Positions 59,401 to 64,000 of a stretch of DNA of 64,000 bases are shown in pieces. This stretch comes from Bugula neritina (Eukaryota > Animalia > Bryozoa), in contig OZ037770.1 in the NCBI GenBank assembly GCA_964035545.1, forward strand, positions 13,196,642-13,260,641, written 5' to 3'. The notes under the pieces were generated by a model. It searched no databases. It saw only the letters and a list, made by a program, of their open reading frames with translations, and had not been told where the DNA came from. Numbering within the stretch: position 1 is the first letter of the stretch; the number at the start of each line of letters is the position of its first letter. The position numbers and the translations under genes were made by a program.

Positions 59401-62400
59401 GACAGGAAGTTTCGAAAAATTTGACATTTATTACTAATAAGCCAGCGTGTTGCAGGCACTAAGACTTTGAATGGGAATCGGAAGTGGGTGACGTGTTTGT
59501 AAAAATCAATTGATATAAATTCCTTAACCAAGACTCCAGTGTTGGTATTAGAAGTTTAAGGCTATGGGTGGAAAATTATGTGTTTTTTTAATAAAATATT
59601 GCACAAGTGAAGTTTTAATTCCGTTAATAAAGGTGAATCTTAAACATAATAAACTATTTTGACTAGCACATATGTGGTTCAAAGAGTGCCAATCCCAAGA
59701 TGCATCAGCTAGTAGAAGCCAAGAGTTAATAGCATCACTATCACCACAAAGCTACTTCAAACTGCAATTTAGAATGCTGGTGTTATTTGGAATTGTCCAC
59801 CCTCTTGAGCAATGCTAGTAATAGCAAATCATCATTAGAGAAGTTATATTATGCAAAGAGAGAATAAATTTCAAACCAGTGCAACTAGGGCTGTGCTGAC
59901 GATGATTAGACTAAATTGCACAAATTCTACAACCAACAGGAAAAAATCTGCACAATTCTCACCTTAACCAAAACTTTGTTGATTGATTCAGATTTGTCAC
60001 ACACAACTAATTTAGAGTGAAGATATTTTCTCTCTAGTGATGAACAATTTAATGTATTAATTGCAACACAGCCCTAGTCAAAATCTGAAAGACTAAAGCT
60101 GATAATACTTACATTAGAGGACTCCTGGAAAAGATAAAGAACAATTTTTGAGAGAAAGTCAAAATTGATGATCACTTACAAGCGAAAACAACTTCCAATT
60201 ATTGTTTGTAGTGAGACAAATCTGATGATAGACGAGAAGGACAAAAAGTGAGGAACAAGGAAAATACCTTTATATGTTGCAATTTCCGATCTTCCAAAAC
60301 CACTATTTCCTGATTGGTGGATTTATATTCGGCGTCGATTCTGTTGTACTCGGCGTTGAGTTTTTCTCTATCATCTGGTAGAACTGTGCTGAGCTTTTGA
60401 TCTCTAATCTTTTTCCTGTATAATAGACAAAAGAACATGTAGGCTAGTAGTCACATGACTTGTTCTAAAAGCGGGAAAGTACTAAGATTATCTGCTCGAC
60501 GACCAAACACAAGGGACTGAATCTTAAATAACACACAGTTCTGATCACATGATGAATGACTTAGCCGGCAAATACCTTTCTTTTCTCAAAGCAGTTAGTT
60601 TCTGTCGAAGCAACTCAAGTCTTTTCTCGTCTTCTGCAATGGATGCAGGTGTACTAACAGGGTGGGAGGAGCCTATTTTACTCTCATCTGCTGCCAACTT
60701 CTGTAGCGTACTGTAAAATCACAACATGAAATGATGGGGTTTAAAGTTTAAAGAATCATATTTTCATAAAACTAATAACAGAAGATAATGAATGAGGTAG
60801 GAGTTGGGAGTATATTGAACTGAGCTGCAGTATAATAAGTATTAACAAGTTTAGGTATGAGTATTGGAGTGAAAGTGAGTATGAGTGTCAGTGTGAGTAT
60901 ATGATAATGAAGAGTGAGTGAGTATGATAACACAATTGTGAGTATGAGTGTAAAAAATGAATATAAGTTTAAGAGTGAGTATGAGTGTAAATGTATAAAT
61001 GATAATTGTGAGTGTGAAATTGAATGAGTCTAGATGTGTATATGAGTGTATGAATGTGAGTGAATGATAATGAATAAGTAAAAGAGAAAGGTCAGTGATT
61101 GCATTAGTATGTATCAATCTTGCTGGACAATCGAGTAGTACTCACAATATTACTTTAGTTATGACTCACAGCTCAATACTTCAAATACGCAGACGTACAA
61201 TACTAAAACCAACCTCGAGAGAAAGTTTTTAGCAAACACTTTAGAAGTATTCGGGCTAGTGGAAAGGCTAGTATTTGGCACTGCAGTTCTAGTAGTAGAG
61301 CTAGCAGGCAAAGTAGAGCTTTTCTTAGGTGTACTGTTGACTCTTAGTCTACTGTCACTACTAGGTAACGTGACAGTTTTATCTTTAGAAGATAAATCTA
61401 TATCAAATCTACAAGAAGAAGTAGAGAAACTAGAAACATGCATTTTATAGAAGAGTTTCAAATTTTACTCCAAAGTGAGACTAATATCTACTGATTCCCT
61501 CCTTAACTCAGTGAAGTGATTCACTCACCTCAATGTGGTGACTCACTCACCTTAATGTGATGACTCACCCACCTTAATATGCTGACTCATTCACTCACCT
61601 TAATGTGGGGTCAATGCCAAGTTTGAGTACTTCGGCAACATTGCTACCACCAGATGGCGTTATAGACTTGATCTCAAACTTTCTGGGCTTATTGTTGTTA
61701 ACCTGGACTGTAGTCTGTGAGCTGAAGACTGTAGTGAATTTTGGGGGAGGCTTAGAGTCGCTCCCTTCGTCTGCTGATAATCTTATTGGACTGATTCTAG
61801 TGGGATTATCAGCTTTCTGTGAATGAATGGGACTCTGAGATGCTGGCTTGTCAGTGATAGAGTTGTTGTTAGCCTCAAAAGTTGCTTTAAATCTATCAAA
61901 GTGAGAATAGAAAGAGTTGATCTACTAAGTAAATAGCAAGCCATTCGTTTTCATTTGCCTAACCAACTTAAATGTTTCCAATCGGATTAAACACATTGTG
62001 TTTCAAGAGAGTCTGGTAAGGAAAAACAGGAAAAACCAGAATTCATATTTTGTCATCACTGCTTTTAGGCAAAGGACTTTGTGAAAATTTCATTAGAGTT
62101 GCACTCAACTGTTACACCAAGTTTTACACAAGATGTCGTCCAGATCTAGGTTTATTAGGTGTAGATCAGTCATAGGATATTAAGCAGAAGCTCTTAATAG
62201 ACAATAAGCAAATATTTTAGACTTACACAACCCAGCCTCTAAAGTTTAAACCAACACAACCCCTAAACCAGCACACAACAACCTCTAAACCAGCGATATA
62301 AGAAACTAACTTGTCTACGTTGCCAGAAGTCGCCCTTGATGTCCGGGGACTAGACGCTGCAGAGTTTGGAGTTGATTTGGTGGAAGTGGTACTGCTGAGG

Positions 62401-63525
62401 GACGGCGTTCTCTTCACCGACGGGTTGGCGGCTCCGGCAAGTTTGAAACCTGACAAAACAGCTGCAGTTATAATAAGCTGTGCACACACATTGATCCGTA
62501 CTCTAAAGTCATATCTGGTAAATAACTCCAAGCTGGAAACTTTCCAGTGGGAGTTGAGCGCTCATAGCGGTTGCTTTCTTAGCATTACATTATTAATAAT
62601 TTCATTTCTATACAAATGTGGTCAGAAGACACTCGGTAAAACTAAATCAATAATTGAGCAAAACTAAGCAAGCCTGAAGAACAGGAGTTTTGAGTAACAA
62701 AATGAGAAAAACTTTGATCAAGGTTTGCTGCATATTTATTTAAGAAGTAGTTCCATTGGTGATTACATTCAATTTTAATTCTTTAAAATACTACTGATAT
62801 TAAACTTTATCTAATTAGATAAAACATAAATAGAAAAAATTTCTTTTCCTATATTTTATTGACCCTTTTACTTTTTCCCTAGCTTCTTTTTCCAGAAATC
62901 TCAATTTGATTACTTATTTTGATGACTCAGTTTGATTACCTGACCATTTTGCACCTCCATTTGCAGAAGAATTGTTTTCAAAAACAGCCCGATTTTTTGC
63001 AATTGTCTCCCCGAGCTTACGTGAACCTCCCTCTGATGAACAAGAACTTTCTCGAGAGAATGACGGTATAGCAGCTGCAAAAATACAAAACTAATAATTA
63101 AGTATTGGTTGCATAGATAATATTATACGTGTCTCTTTACTTTGATGCACAGTTTGACAGTAGAACTTCCCAACTGGTAGAACAAGAGTTACAAAACAAA
63201 CAAGTTTTATGCATGAAGTGACCAACTGTTTACATATTAAGAGCGAATAGAGAAGAATTTCTGTAATCAAAATGTATTATCAACAACTTTTGGGTGAAAG
63301 TTTCAAACCCAAACAAGGCTTAAAATATTCCCATATCAAGGTTCATAAGCTTGAATCATCAAAGACTTTGCCAACCAATCGGCTGCTGGACTTACAATCA
63401 GTTGCAGACGTGGGAGCAGAAACGACGTCTGCTTTAGTTTGCACGTCACTCCGTGTCTTTCTTTCTTGATCTGATTTGAAACTGTTGGTTGTGGTAATTA
63501 TTGGCTCGGAGGCCGGCTTCTTCAT
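56408..63525 (-). CDS. Uncharacterised S/T/P/K-rich protein with a C-terminal coiled coil (~421 aa if the ATG at 63525 is used)
   Basis: Phase-consistent exons on -: 63525-63396, 63074-62940, 62449-62311, 61892-61599, 61408-61214, 60710-60576, 60415-60268, 57257-57198, 56437-56408 (TGA); sum 1266 nt. C-terminus EDEKRLELLRQKLTALRKERKKIRDQK...LNAEYNRIDAEYKSTNQEIVVLEDRK. The start and the last exon are less certain, and the gene may extend beyond the window. Confidence 0.75.
56712..56907 (+). mobile_element. tRNA-derived SINE family B
   Basis: GCAGCCG-TGGTTTAGTGG (A box) ... GGTTTGAATCC (B box), then the shared body GGTGATGTTAGGAAGAGCATCCAGTCATAA ... CTCACGGGGATAGTG. Confidence 0.88.
59886..60076. 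mobile_element. ~190-bp MITE-like element with hAT-like TAGGGCTGTG termini
   Basis: ACTAGGGCTGTG ... CACAGCCCTAGT perfect 12-bp IR; no intact 8-bp TSD. Confidence 0.55.
61515..61607 (-). repeat. ~22-bp tandem copies of a donor junction (CACATTAAG|GTGAGTGA) of the - strand gene
   Basis: Four copies of cactcacc(t/c)taatgtg-like units; the first on the - strand is the real donor at 61598. Confidence 0.85.
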
Positions 63526-64000
63526 GGGTTTCGCTGCGGAAAGATTTTGATAATTAAATCCTTTACAACCAGTCAGTAAAGTCAGTACAAAATCGTATAC
63601 GGTTTTAGTCTTCATACAGGAGTTGTTTTCACATACACGAGTAGCGGTCATATGTGGGAGTTGCTCTCTCACATGCAGGAGTTGCTTTACATGCAGGAGG
63701 GGCAATCACATGAACAACAGGGAACAAGAACACTACATCTCACATAACTACAAATCTAGTGAATTAATCATGTTGTGAAATAACTTTAATATAGAAAATT
63801 TCTTCAAATTTCAATAAATTTTTAGTATGTTTTGTAAAGATTTATTGCAACTTCATAGAACTAGCATAAAAATCACATGCGGAACACCAGGAACTTACCT
63901 ATTTCCTGATTAATAGCTTTTATTTACAACTTCCTGCTTACTGAATATAGTATAAACTATGTTATGTTATAAAAGAGAAAATGAGTTATAAATAACATTG

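Overview
AT-rich, intron-rich eukaryotic DNA from an invertebrate animal; the species cannot be determined from the sequence. I reconstructed five protein-coding loci by reading splice sites by hand. (1) The 3' part of a + strand gene encoding EGF-like repeats and a C-terminal IgGFc-binding (FCGBP N-terminal-type) domain, 419-6477, including one GC-AG intron. (2) A small - strand gene encoding a stand-alone AK5-like dimerization/docking (D/D) domain protein, 12342-13016. (3) An 18-exon OCRL/INPP5B-family inositol 5-phosphatase (5-phosphatase + ASH + RhoGAP-like, ~709 aa), 17654-36223, with two U12-type minor introns. (4) An orphan Ser-rich 230-aa ORF on the - strand, 43530-44222. (5) A - strand S/T/P-rich gene with a C-terminal coiled coil, ~56408-63525. 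The rest contains two tRNA-derived SINE families, several MITE-like inverted-repeat elements, perfect palindromes and many micro/minisatellites. The most striking unexplained pattern is that many tandem repeats are anchored at splice junctions, and several repeat units are copies of the exon-intron boundary itself, producing arrays of decoy donors or acceptors in at least two different genes. All gene models are manual inferences without transcript evidence.
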